Shown here one piece after another: positions 42,101 to 56,800 of a stretch of DNA of 64,000 nucleotides (within the stretch, counting starts at the first letter, position 1; the number at the start of each line of letters is the position of its first letter). Where the stretch lies: assembly GCA_012295275.1 (NCBI GenBank), contig CM022679.1:16368001-16432000 (forward strand). The letters run 5' to 3'. The notes under the pieces are model-generated. The model did no database searches. It was given only the letters and a program-made list of their open reading frames with translations, and was not told where the DNA came from. The position numbers were made by a program, and so were the translations under genes. This DNA is from Chrysomallon squamiferum (taxonomy: Eukaryota; Animalia; Mollusca).

Positions 42101-45100
42101 GTTGCATTATTGGGTGTTTCTAAGAGACTGGAGTTGCCAGGCACAGAGGTAGTAGCATTCAGTTTTGTGTCAAACACAACCCTTTTATCTGGGCCATTCT
42201 CAGTCTTCTGATTACCAGATTCTGACTTCTTTTGGCTGTGAACACCATTTGCCTTGACCTTCTTCGCCAGAGGTTCCTGATCTGAATCTGAATCATCTCC
42301 ATATGGAACAAGCCTTGACACTGATTGTTTCACATCACCATTCACTAGTCTGTCCTTCTTGTCCATCACTTTCGCGTAACCATCTGGGCTTTTCTCAAAT
42401 GTGGTTACTTTACCATTCTTTATGTGTACTACGATTCTTGGCTTTTTATCACTGGAACTGTTGCTTTTGTCGCCTGAACTGCTGCTTCTATCACTCAAAC
42501 CATTGCCTTTGTAAGCTGGACTATTGTTTCTGTCTCCTGAACCACTACTTCTGTCAGCTAAGCCATTATTGGTCTTGTTTTTCACCGAGTTCAGCCCAAA
42601 AGACACTTTGACTCTTTTGTCAGGCAATATTGAATCACTCCAGCTGCCAAGTACATTACGTTTTCTTGAGACTGGGCTTCCCACCTCAGTGCTGGGTGCA
42701 CCTGTACAACAAAGACAAGCAGTTTAAAATGATTCACATTCAGACACAAAATAATAGCATGATAAGATTTATTCTTTTCATAAAAATACACTATATTTAC
42801 ATTAAAAAAAATAATAATAATAATTAATTATAAAATGATGGTTATGATAAATTATGGAAATAGTTACCTTGCTTTTAATGCTCAGGATTCCATAAACATT
42901 TTTTAATTTCTTTGTGTCTATGAAATTAGTTATATAATTACTCTCACCAATTCCATTGGAATAGTTAGAATATTCCAGCTTCTGTGGACTGTTCTGATTC
43001 TGAGCACCTTGCACTGTGGGTCCAGTGTTAGGCTGAAATAAAAAAGTAAGACACTAGTAAAATAAATATAACAGTAAATTTTAACAAGTCCACTGATCTG
43101 TAAATAATTAAATGTACTTAAGCTGCTGCTTTTTCAACACCACCACCAATGACAACGACAACAACAGCAACAAAAATAAAATAGCCACAGTTCAGGTTTA
43201 AAAGGCAAATACCATTTTTAATTAAACCATGAAAATTTCAAATCATTATAACCTGAAATTTATAGACATTTTTCAAATTAATTTAACCTGTGAACATATG
43301 CCAATGGAATTTGAAACATATTACTAACTGATAGCAATAAATCATTTTAATATGAAACAAAATACTGTATAAAGTGGAGCCAATAAAAAATTCAAAATGA
43401 TAAAAATAATATAAAGACTTTTTTTCTTTTTTTGTGACATATTAGCATTTTTCTTTTCAGTCAGGTTTTAGGGATGGTACAATGACTCACCTTTTTAGGA
43501 GCTACTCTGCTATAAAAAAGGACATATGCCTGTGCATCAAAAACATGATTAACACTGACAGGAGACACCTTTGGAAATAGAAAAAATAATAATAGAGCTT
43601 AAACCAGCGATAAAAAGTTATATTATTATTACATAACATGTAGCATTTACAGTTCAGTTTTTTATCTGATGGGTTTTTTTTTATGTGTAATGTTTCTCTT
43701 TTTTCTTCTTCTCAGTTTCTACAAGTTTTATAATTACAACAATAGGTATTTTCTTTCAGTATGTTATTAATTCTACCAAATAACAGGCATCAAGTAGTGA
43801 AAATTTGTAAATATTTCCAGTTTTACAGCAGATAATACACAGAAAACTTAATAAATATCTTTTAAAATTTTGATTATAAAAATATCCAAAATAAAAGATA
43901 TGATAAAACTAAACAGGAAAACAGTAAACAGTTAACATGGATCTTTTAAGAATTAATTTCTACTTTTAAAAAGATGTACTTTAAATGAATTGACTTTATA
44001 TACATATTAAGTTATCTTATTATTCAGTTACTGACAATGTACAATTATTATTATTATTATTATTAGCTTACCGAGGAATCATTCATGCAGTACCATATAC
44101 TGGTGGGTGACTTTACATAACAGTAGTAGTGACCTGAGTTACAACAGTCCCCTGAGTGAACCAGCACAGCATACAGTCTGTAAAATACTGGTTCTCCCTG
44201 AAAATAATGATATTTATTTTTGAAGGCAAAAGAGAACTGATCACCAGTATTTATATATATATATATATATATAAAGATTATTTAACACAAAGAGTAAAAC
44301 AATTATAAATCTATCAGAAATGAACACAAGATAATAAATATTGTGAAGTAATGAGATAACAATAGTGAATAAACACACACACACACACACAGAGCAATAT
44401 ATTTAAACTGACTTGTAAGAGAAGAACAGAAGGGTGTAAATTATCAGTCTAGACATTAAATAATCTGCAAATTGTGTCAAATGTAGATACTATAATAAGT
44501 ATATTAATATGTAGGTTGCTGAAGAATATTTACATCCATAATATAATTAATATATGATTAATAATTTCAGAACATAACAAGGTAACATGTATTTACTGAT
44601 GTAAAAACAATGATCACGAAAATGCTTGAACAAATCAAAGAAAAAACAAAATAATAGCATAATAATAAGTTAGTTTTATAATCACAGACATAAACAAACA
44701 GCATTAAGATTAGTACTGAAAAAATTAAAGCTAGTTTTGTAAATGAAAAACAAATTTTAAAATGTGTTTAAATGTTTATTTGTTTATTTATTTACTTACT
44801 GGTTAAAATGTTAGCAAAATTTTGTTACTGTTCACTTTTTACTATGAAATTAAAGATGATTACCTTTTTCTTGCTTAAATAAGGCCTTAAATTAAGCTTA
44901 TCTGGAAAACGAATGTACTGTCGTATTTTCCCCATATTATGTTCATAGTCAAACCTGAAAACATGTAATAACAAATCACAAATGGAATGATTAAAGGATA
45001 ATATTTTTAAAATAGCTAAAATAATTCATTATAATCAAATTTGAAATGTATGCAAATTCAGCAGTTAATTTTTGAATTGTTTAGTTTCCAATTTTTTTTT

Positions 45101-48100
45101 TTTTTTTTAAACTCGAAATATCTCTGGGATTTTTAAAATTTGATTTACCTTTTGAGTTGAATAGTCATAATATTTGGAGGTTTGTGTACTGATAGTCTCT
45201 TCTGAGCAGAAACCTTTCTCTTACAGCTGGAAATAAAACAATATTTTTAATAATTAAAAGATATTCAGAACAAAGAGACAATTTTTTTTTTAAAAAACAT
45301 CAATTTTCAACATTGTCACGAATAGTATACTTTGTCATTTATTTATTTTTCATAATAACAATAACAATAACAATAATAGTAACAACAATAAAATAAAACT
45401 AACAATAATAATACAATAAAACTGTTACCTAAGACAAAGGTATGCATTATCCTTTTCCAGAGTTTCTGGTTGGACAAATTTCTCCAAAGCTCTTTCTAAA
45501 GTTTTCATATTCTGGAAATATATAATTATTATCTGAATGAATTCATCAAATAAAACACATAATTCAAAATATTTATTTCAACTGAAAATTACCATCATAT
45601 TGTAGTTTTATAACTTTTTATCCACTGACAACATCTCCTTTTGAACAAATATTTCTTGAAATTATTACATATTTGACTTCAATCTTATTCTTTTGCTAAA
45701 TGTTGAGTTATCAGGCATCAGTTCAAATTGATTCATTGTTTCTTAAAGCTGTTATTTCTGCACAGTGTTTGTGTTTGTCCACAAACACTGGCAAGTTATT
45801 TGAAAGAACAAAGTTTCTACAAAAAGCCAGCAATCAGTCAGCTTATATTTTGAGGCAATGAGTTCATGCCAAGTCATTTAAGGGTCGGTAGACTTCAGTT
45901 CCACAATATACTGATGCTTCAGTAAGATGTTTATCATTATAGTATTTTGAACATACTTGCTTAACAATCTTATGCCAGTCTGTGTTAGGTAAAGAATAAT
46001 GCTTTTTGGTGAGAAACAATTAGTTCTGAAACAATTACACATCCACTGACATAAAAAAATTAATAATAAAAAAATATAATCAGCTTGGGAGAAAAGTAAA
46101 TGTTTGGGTAACTGAAGCATTTAACAATCATTAGAGGTTTATAGGTCAAGAGCTCAAATGATTTCTTTATTTTCTGTCATTAATGGGGTTACATTTTTAG
46201 TTAAATATCTGAATTAAAAAAAATCATTTGAAAGTGTCATTAGACTTTATGAATGAATGTTGTAATTAAGAAATGAGAATTCTGTATTTATACTGTTAAA
46301 AGATTTATAAATTTCATTTACTGAAAAAAAAATTACAATATACCAAACAACACTAAAAAAACATCACTAACCTGAATGTCTAAACTTAGGTCCATAAATG
46401 GATCAAATGTATTGGATGTTTCTCCACATTGAAGGCAAAGAACTGAAAAAGATTTAAATGATATTTAGTCAGAAAATATTCAGCTATATACAATGGAGCT
46501 TCAGCCATTAATGGATAATTGTATGCTAAAAGTGGTAAAACTATTAACTAACTGTAACATAAATGAAATGATTTACTTTGCAGTAACAACTTATATTTTT
46601 GGTAGATGAGTGACATTATAAAATAAATATTTCAGATGATTATAAGATATGTAAATAAAAATAGAAGTTATGTTTCATTATGTGCAAATACAGAGATTAA
46701 CATTCAACAAAAATTAAGTAAGAGTATAAATATCTTTTTGGAACAAGATTATATTACACTGTAATTTTTATTAGTTGCCTCTTATACAGTTAGTTATTTT
46801 AATAAAATTGTGTAATGGGAAACATTTTAACATTTATACCTTGACTTCTTAGAAATCCTCCAAATATATGGTTGATAACAGTGGTTTCTCTGCTGTACTT
46901 GTCAAGCCTGAAATACAAAAGAATAAATCTTCTGTAAGTGTAACACATGCATTTCCTCTCTTGTTACTTGCAAATTCAAACAGTTGTGAAATGTATAGTA
47001 ATAAAGATACCAAAGTTAATTAAAATAAAGTTAAATATTTATGTTTTCTTCACAGTGCACACCTAAAGATGTTCACGTTACAAAAAAAATGGTTACTGAA
47101 TATTTATTGATTAGTTACAATCTGTAACTATTATATTGATAATTAATTATTGTAATTGTTCTCAACCCTCCTGAAAGTGGTTTATATGTTTAAGAAATAG
47201 ATGTGATAATACAAATCTAAAAACTGATATGGAGAATTAATGTACTTACGCTGAATGCCCATTTAAACATGCTTTTTGAAGAGCATCTACAACATATCGC
47301 AAAAATTCATGTGCATCTTCTTGACTGCCCCAGTGCATATGCTTTGCTATCACTAAAATAATAATGACAAAATTAATGTTATTTCTAGAACTATTGTCAT
47401 CGTGTAAGCTAACAAAGTAATCTGAAAAATTATTATAATGTACATATATTTACATCCTAGTAAACTGAAAATGTAAATAATAATAAAAAAATGATTTAGT
47501 ATATGAAACTATATAAACTACAAAAGGATAATTAAAAAATGTAAACTTGATAGTAATTAGATAAATAAATTATATTTTGCAGATACTTACTTTTCAGTTT
47601 GTGAAGAATTGGATATGGTTTAATGGCATGCCCATGGTTCCCAAAACATCTTCGAATATGATGTTGTAGTTCACACAGCATGCAAAAGCCAGTTTGGTTA
47701 CCTAAACATAAACACATAAAGAATGTTTTCATATCAATCTGATAGTCACCAAACATGCTACTGATGTATATATTAGTTTGGTAATTCTATGATGCAAGAG
47801 GACACACTAACTTCATTTTTTCCCCTCTTTATTTATGTTTGTTACACACACACATCATAAAATACACATCGATTCTTAACCATTAGTTGAGTAGAAGAAC
47901 AATAATTAGGAACAAATATTTTGTTATTTTATTTTTTATTCAAAAAAGATAAAAAAAGAAAAACATGTAATTGTATCAAAAAATATTTGACATCCATGAC
48001 AATGCCAAGTGTAGTTGTTTTTGTCTGCCTATAATACGAAATATGAATAAAAATTTAAAAAAAACAAACACAAAAACTCACACGTCTTCTTGTGTTCATC

Positions 48101-49095
48101 TGATAGGCAATAGTTAACAAGGGGAGGTGTATAAGTCAAGCACTGAAGTGTTGAATTAAGAAAACAAGTGTTTCCCATGTTAACTAGACCAGAACCAATC
48201 TTTTGAACCCGCCTCCATTCTAGTCGCACTTTCTCTTTTGGGTAAAGCATCACCTTTGGTTTTGGAAGACAATCTTTACTGTCCTTTTTCTGTGGGTTAT
48301 TCATGTCTTAAAAGAAATATAAGAAATATAAACATAATGATATAATGCAAATAGTTAACATTCTATTCTGTCTTGTGTCTTCAAAAAATAAATTAAAAAA
48401 ATAATAAAAAGAAATAAAGAAAAATATCTGCAATATGTAACTTTATTATGTAAATTATGTATGTATGTATGTATGTATGTATACTTTTTAAAATGCATTT
48501 AATAGTTAGCTTAATTTCTTAAGTTTTTAGAAAATATTTTATTTATTTAGTCTGGAATGAAAACCTTTTTATTTCAGGTCCATATTTTAGAATCCTAAAT
48601 TATTATTACAAAATTATTTAAAACAAAATTTTACAGTACTGTTTTATTATATTATATTATAGTTCTTAATTACTAACAAATAACTGTATTTGGAACATTC
48701 TGTCCAAAAATAACAATATTATTTAATTATTTACCTTAGTAATAAAGTGACACAAATCAGTTTAATGCATAAATTTAATAACAAAATATTCAAATTATGT
48801 TACCATTTTCTGAACTTCCACTTCCTTGATCTGAAATCCTTGCTGTCTCATTCAGTGGTATATATTTGGATTTGCAACCATCCAGCACATGTGAACCTGA
48901 CAACTTATTTGGCAAGGCATTCCTGATTTTGTTACAGTTAAGTTCTTGCATGGAAACATTTTCCGATGCTTTGAAGTCAACCTGGTGCAGCAAAGCCTTT
49001 TTGGAAGAAGAAATAATCTGATCTGACAGAAGACGTGTCCCTTCATTAATTGCCGTTTTCACTGCTTGAGTCAAATCCGCAACGCTGGCGGGCAT
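39173..49095 (-). CDS. USP36: Ubiquitin carboxyl-terminal hydrolase 36 (USP36/USP42/scrawny family), 17 coding exons, ~1257 aa
   Basis: Exons 49095-48804, 48306-48082, 47701-47591, 47352-47250, 46907-46840, 46442-46372, 45511-45429, 45226-45149, 44954-44864, 44197-44072, 43568-43491, 43032-42948, 42701-40971, 40767-40624, 40402-40287, 39909-39823, 39457-39173; sum 3774 nt, in frame. Cys box [33 protein letters not shown], His box [16 protein letters not shown]...WYCMNDS, poly-K basic tract, and USP36-type tail [17 protein letters not shown]...NPFQ. Confidence 0.95.
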
Positions 49096-50821
49096 AATAA
49101 ATTAGTATTTGACACTTAGCTGAAAAAGAATAAACTACTATTAGTAAAGCTAAAATGATAGTATGACAGAAAATAAAGTTGCAATCAATTTGGAATCCTG
49201 TTAAGATAAAAGGTCAGAATGTTATGCATAAATATATGATAATGACATATATTTATATGGTTAGCAGACCCAGTGGTTTTCTGTTTTGTGTTTTTGTAAA
49301 TTCTGTTTCATTTCTGTTTCAGGAATAAACTGTGTAATTAAAAACTAACATATAAAATAAACTAAAACAATTTGTCAAAATCACAGGAGAAATATAATAT
49401 TTATTCAAGATTCTTCTGTCAATGTCTCCATTACATTGAACATATTCCACATTTATCTTAAAAACAGCAATACATGTACTTGAAGGAAACACAGCATCGC
49501 TGTATGAAAAGTGTGCGTTAGTTGTGAAAAATCGCATCAGGATCAAAGATCTCAATTAAATCTAATTGTTTTAAAACAGAATTTTACAACTAAGTATAGA
49601 CAGTATTTTATTCAAAGTGGATCAGGGCTGACAGGCCGTAAAGAAAATGAAACTTCACTTAAACCATTTAATGACCACGGAATATAGCAACTGTGCAAGC
49701 ATGATTGGGGCACTGCATGTTTGACAACATCAACAAATTGTCTTTTCTTAGGGTGTAACAACAGTAAAAGGGATAATTGTTTTTCAACTTAGCTAGGTTA
49801 GTGTTGAGTAAGTGTATTTTATTTTTATTTTTTCCCCATTTTTTTTAATGAAGAAAACTAAAAACTAAAATTACTGTAACTGCAATTTGCACACCTTAAC
49901 CCTGGGTGTAAGACAGAACCCATGACATGTAAAACCCCTGTTTTCCAGCTGTAACCTTTTTCAAAAAGTCAGGCTGACTATGTTTTGAGGACAGGTCTTC
50001 TGGGCATAAATTAATGTATGAATTCCTTACTGATGTTAGCCACAACTTAAGAAAAATGACATGCAAGGAAATAAATAATTCCAAAATGACATAATATTTA
50101 CCAGTTGCATTGTTATTTCCATTAATGACATGGGTCAAAATATCTTAGTCCAAAATGTCCTACATTCAGCGATGCAACATGATGACAGTAGTTTTTGCAT
50201 GAACTTATTTGTCAATAAACTTATCAGTGTCATTTCTCATATGCATGTATGTCTATTTTGCTCTAAAAGGCTATTCTTTCTGATTATAATCATGAACACT
50301 TTATTTGTGAAGAAAATGTTTACTGTTTGTTTATTATGTATAGAAGTGAACAACAGAACCTCATAGAAGGGCCCAATATCTGTTGTTTTTCTTCTTCCTT
50401 CCCTTATTTAAATTATAAAATTGATTAGAATATTATAAAGTCAAATATCATTAGTAATGTTTAACAATTACTGATTGAAATAAACAAAAACAAGAGAAAA
50501 CAATCAACAATATTTTACTGATTCAATGTTTTAACCACAAGCGCTTTAAAGAAATATGTTAATTATAGTTTATTCATTCAATTGTATTATGCAGTCACTA
50601 TAATACTGTTTATCTTTAAAACAACAAATGGCACATGGTTCAGAAGCTTGAATGCCACATGTGATCTAATTTTATTTCAAGAAATGAACCGGTTTACAAA
50701 CAATTAAGAGACAAATAAAGAATTTAAACATCTAATTACCATTGAAAGATAATTATAACGTATATAAGCAATTTAATTCGACTGACAGCATCGCTGTATA
50801 ACATAAACTAAAAAGGTATAC

Positions 50822-51220
50822 CTTAAAACAAGACGAAAAAATGAATTTCACCATTTATAAGATAACTTCGATTCTTCCTTGACGCACAGACAGTTTCGAT
50901 CATACGAAATCGTTGCTAGCCTTGAACTCGCATAGAACTTTCTACACAGCATCAATAATATTCAAAAAATAATAATTACATTTTGAATTTTAATGCTTAC
51001 AGACGTATATGTATATATATTTACAAAAAATTAATATTTTGTTTTAAAATTACCATGTCAGCATGCGTATTTATTGCGTTGCACCAGTTTTCTGTTACTC
51101 CACGCTACACCCCTATTTTGCTTAGGACTATAATTCAGTCTAGTTAATTTATTCCTATCATAGGTCTAGAACAACGAGGCCGAATTTTCGTATTTAGCGA
51201 GATAACACGAGGTAATAGAA
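50822..51220 (-). promoter_or_regulatory. Putative USP36 promoter and non-coding first exon
   Basis: CpG-enriched patch; candidate donor TAAG|GTATAC with exon ending at 50822; the ATG-containing exon begins at an acceptor near 49119, implying an upstream UTR exon. Confidence 0.45.
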
Positions 51221-53072
51221 AATATACAGATATAGAAACTATGTCAGTAAAAATCAGTCTTCCAGAAAGATATGCAACTTTAGTGAAAAGTATGGATGAG
51301 TTGGCTGTTAAGGTCTATACAAATATTGTTCATCACATCAAGGACCACGGCTGGCTCTGTCTGTGAAAAGGCAATACTTGCACCAAAAATTGAAACTGTA
51401 CATTTACTATTCCTTGTTTAAGTAAAAACAAAAAACATAATAAAAAAATAAATAAATAAATAAATAAATAAAAAGAAGAAAAAAAGAAACAACAAACAAG
51501 CATATTAAAATGACATCCAAGACATCTTTGATGGCAGTGATAAACAAAAAGTTTTAAAAAATGTATGTGAATAAAAATTTCTTGTTTTGTTTCATTCAAA
51601 ATCTGCGATCAGTCATCAGGCAGCATAAACACAGAATATTTCAAACCAGTATACATGTTTTACGCACAAGTATGTAGCTTTTGGCGAGTTCTTGAACTAT
51701 ACAATATTTGCTAACACTCATAAATTTTAATTGATTGCACTAATTATTTCGAATGTACCAATGTCAAATTAAGAATTTCACAAAAACTCCACATAAATTA
51801 ATCCAGCACACACACACACAAAAATCATTTTTCAAAACTGATATATTGTAGAGACCTTTACATTTTCTAGCATTTTGCAAACCTCAGTTGAGTAGTCTGG
51901 TTCATTTGTCTAACATTGTTGAGAGTTAGTATGTTAGAGGAAGTTGACATGCAGTTGGAAGCCATTTATAGAATGACAGAAATCTAGATATGATAAAATT
52001 AATTGATTTTGTAATATAATATTTAGAAAGTAATGAAAATAAAAATTGTAAAAATTGAAAATTTAAAAAAAAAAAAGCCAAATGAAAAAGAATTATGATA
52101 GTCCATTTCATTTTAGTTTTGAAATCATCTTTATAATCAATGGATGATTACAGTTTAAACTGTCATGTTAACTCCAGTTGCTTTTGAGTAGACTGAAACA
52201 TGATAGGTGATAACATCACACACAAGATATTTACATATACTCATTTCAGTATAGATTCCATCTCTTCCACCAAAATAAAATAATTTTAGATAATCACATT
52301 CAATCATTGTGTGGTTATTGTGGTTTTCTCTTCTTCAAAATATATGAGTTAATAAATGTGACATATGTCGGCATGAATCACGTATTTCATTTGCTTAGAA
52401 GTACTGCTACTGATTCCAACTTGCACTTCATTGTTAGCATGCATCTCTTCCTTTTGTTTTGTTATGAGACATTCTTTAACAACATTATATTTCAAACTCC
52501 ATTAAAGAAAATATTTTCAAGTTATAAATTGTTGCAATAATAGTGCTAATTTTGACTTTAATGTTAAAGAAATTCATTATTACAAACCACTGTAAGATCC
52601 TTTTGATAAGATCCACAAAATGATGATCATTTAGTTCAAAGTTGATTTAATACATACAGATCTACATTGAATTTTTTTTTCAATATCTGCTCAGTGTTTT
52701 TAATTAAAACAAAACAACTGAAAAATTAATGAAAAACAGATTATTTAACAGCAGTTTATTTCCTTTAATAATTCAGCTGCCTTTTTATTCATGATTTATA
52801 TTATAATATTATATTTAAATGAACGAACAATTTTATAAATTCAAAAATTTATAAAAGAAATAACATGAATAATTTTTAACTTTAATTTAAATAATGCATA
52901 AATTAAATTACATATTTATTCGCCTAGTTTCTTACAATATCAACATTTTATATGATGTAAAGAATAAATAGATACTATAAGTCATCTTGTAGAAAAGAAG
53001 AAACCCAAAACAAATTTGATTTTTAAGTTACAATGTAATTTTAACAAAAAAGATTTTAGAATGAGTATTAAT

Positions 53073-53834
53073 TCATGATTGTAGAGTATTTTGTTCTCTT
53101 ATGTTTGAACATTTTTCATCTATGTTGAATCGACTGTATTTTTCTCTCAAGAGAAAAAGAACAGGAACACAGATTCCTACAGATCCTAGAACAGTCCAAT
53201 TCATCCACATTGTGCCTGAAAAAACCCAAACATTTATCATTTAATAAAAGTAAAATATTTATTTGAAAAATATGAAAGCAATAATTTGAAAATAATCAGC
53301 ATTCTCTAAAGTATTCATTAAAAAATATATTTATTATAATACAGTATGTAGCACATATGCAAATGTATTTGAGAAAATATCATTTTTTTTTGGTGGGATG
53401 ATATGTCATAATTCAAAGCATATAAAATGCTTTCTGTTTTTAGTAAAAATGTAATGAATAAATTATAAACATCTAAATTCTTTATCATTAACAAACACTG
53501 GTGTTTTATAATAAATAAAACAAATTGGAAATATACTAATGTAGTTATGCTGTTTTGTATGTAATGCCAACTTTAAACTTTTAATACATGAAGAAAATAT
53601 ATTTTAAAATAGAAACTTACGAATATTAGGAACCATTAGAACAAGAAGAAAGAGAAGACCTCCCAAGTTATTTACAGTTGTCAGAACACCATTGGTTGTC
53701 CCTTCACCAATTGGATATGTCAGTTCACAAGACAATTCAAATATGAGTGGGACTGCTGCATTCACTGCTGTTGTACCCACTATTACAGTGACATATAAAA
53801 CAGCTGCAAAATAAAACCCATAACTAATGAAATT

Positions 53835-53869
<35 letters not shown>

Positions 53870-56800
53870 CATTATTTAAAGAAGTTGGAAAGTAAATAAG
53901 ATAACACTGTTTAGAACATTTTTTTATATATATTTATCTTGTGATTACTGTACACAAGATATGATGATTTGATAAATTTCTATGGCTTTCTGGCATGGCA
54001 CTATATTTACTTCTAATAATTATGTATGTATTATTCAAAGTTACTTCTTTAGTGTTTAATCGCTGGTTTAGATTTTGAAAATGGTTTTTTTTTTTCATTT
54101 AAAAATAAAAACTATTTTATTTTTAAATAGTTTTATCTTGATGTGTAGATAACAAAGAAATCGATGTGAATATACAGTTGTCAAGTGTGGGGAGTTGAGA
54201 AATAAAACCGTTAAGTTCATTTAATTTTTGTATTACTCAGAATTGCAGAATAGAAGAGACAACTGTGTTGCAACAATGATACCCTTCTTTAAGATTTTTA
54301 ACACGGGCAAATAGAGATTAAAACAAAATATTTTATTTTGAAATGAGGTAGGAACCTGTTGATGCTGGTACTATTCCATAACAAGCCAATGCAAACCAGC
54401 AGAAGAAGCCAGAACTAATGATGAACAAAAGGATGATAAACCACTTCAAATGTTTGGAAAATTTATCAGCACATCTGAAATGTCACCCAAAAAAGATTAG
54501 TGAAAAGAAATCATTTATTAATATTACTTCAGTACAAGCAAAAAAACCCAAAGAAGTTATGATCATTTAAAACCAAGTGAAAGAAAATGTTCATTCAGTA
54601 TAAAAATAAAAAAAACCTTTAAAAATGCAAAACAATTATTATATTTTGTGTGAATATAAATTATAATAATATAATTGAGAGTTTAAATGTCAGTTCTTGC
54701 TTAACAATTAACCATTCTAATTAACAGCTTAACTATATTACCTGGGTACAGGTAATTATGATGTAGGGTAATTATTATATATTCAACATGTTTTACTAAT
54801 TTCATCTTATTTTACCTGGCTATAATAAGAGAGCATATACATCCGCTACATGTGGCATAGAATCCTATAAACCCTGCTTCCATCTCATTGACACCTAGTG
54901 GAGCTAAGTTGACATCTAAAACACTCGCCCAGCAGTTAACAACACCTAGTGACACACCATACACCGTAGAAATCAACCAAAACTGACCATTTCTGTAAAC
55001 AAATAAAGAAATATTTAACAATGAATACAACATATTTTTAATCACTATTAGTTGGTGTCATGCATACAGTTACTATACAAGGGGTAAAGAGAGAAAGAAT
55101 AACTCTGCAGACTTACTGTGGACCACTTGGTAAATATGTATTTCTAAGACTTGACACCCGATAGTTGACTCGTTTTACATGCTGGTCTGTTGTTAAACAT
55201 TCATTCATTCATTCTAAGACCTCTGTCTAGGACAGGAAATGATTCAATGGGTGCGATGAAGGGCACTGACTCTGCAACCACTGTCTAACCTCCCGCCATG
55301 CTAATAAATATTTGTGCAGAAATTTAGCTTATTAATAAAAACCTGTTGTTTTATCTTGTATAAAATTTCAACTATTTTGTCATCAGTTGCACAGTTTAAA
55401 ATTGTTTTAAAGCTTAATAAATTAATCTGTTTCTTTTAAATATCAAAATCTGCGTGGATTTTATTACAGCAATAGTACTATGCTAGGGCTTATTTTATTT
55501 GAAAAACTTAAAATTAGAATGCTACATTATGAGTGGAAGGTCGTCAACATAACTCTATTACTTCTCTTCTGCCTGTAAAAAGATAATTATTAAACCATTT
55601 GAAGTTAATTCAATTCTTACAAACCAGAGTTTTTATTTCTTATTTTACAAAACCAAGATATTTCTTATAAACCCAATTAACATTTTACAAACCTATATAC
55701 CTTCTTACAAAAGTACTTTATTTGTTACCTTTATTACTTATAAACCTAACTTTTTTTCTTACAAACATAATTTATCCCCCTATACCCAAGTAATTTTTTT
55801 TAAATCCTTTTTATTCAACAGATCTAAATAATTCTGTACAAACCTGAATAAATTTTTAAGACCAAGCCAGAAGTTTTCTCGAGCAAGGGATGCACTAACA
55901 CATGGTGGTCTTGGTGGTTTCTTCGGGAAATAGAGCAACATTAACAACAGAATGGCCAAAGACCATCCAAACTCTGTAACAGTGAATGAAATGACAGGAT
56001 AATAAAGAAATGAAGAAAAAAGAAAAATAAGAACAACATTGGTTTTGAGAATCAAACAAGAGCAGCTTTGTAAATATATCTTTCTTAAATTCAGAGTTGA
56101 TGTTAATTTGATTATATTTACATCTTGAACAGTATTAATATAATCCAATTTAATTTCAGAAGTCACTGTTTAATTTCAGATGACATTATATAAAATAATT
56201 TCAAATATCAGGATTATTTACTAAAAACCTATTTTTTATATATATATATATTTTAAGTTTCTAATTATCTTTAACATTAAATGTACTAAGTAAGATTTGA
56301 AATACAGATGTTTAGATATATCACCTGATTCAATAGACTTTATGTAAAATCATTACATTTATGAAACAGTTTATATCCTTTGGATACTGAGTATAATTAT
56401 TATAAATGTGACAAAGCTCTCTATATATAATTATTTTTTTATTACACAACTCACCTATATACATTAAAAACATAATTCCATTTCTTTCTTCTTCAATATT
56501 TACTATAAACAAGAGTAACATCTATTTAGTTACAAATACATATTTAATAAAAGGACACATAAGTCAGGGTTTGTTTCAAAAGTAAATAGGAATAAAATAT
56601 AAATTTCTTTGATCAGCTAGAATATAAAAAAATAAATAAGAATCATAAGCTAGAAATATTAATATGCAATATATTTAAGGGCATGCAATTACATGCATTA
56701 AATTACTAAATCTGAAATTTACATACCCAAATATATATTTATGAAAAGAAAATGACCAGGAATGAAATGATAAATTAAATTTCATTATCATTATTCTGGC

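Noticed and set aside
49623-49904. CAGGG...CCCTG bounded segment (also CAGTG...CACTG at ~6609-6834) as hAT MITEs
   Set aside because: Termini match only 5-7 bp and flanks show no TSD.
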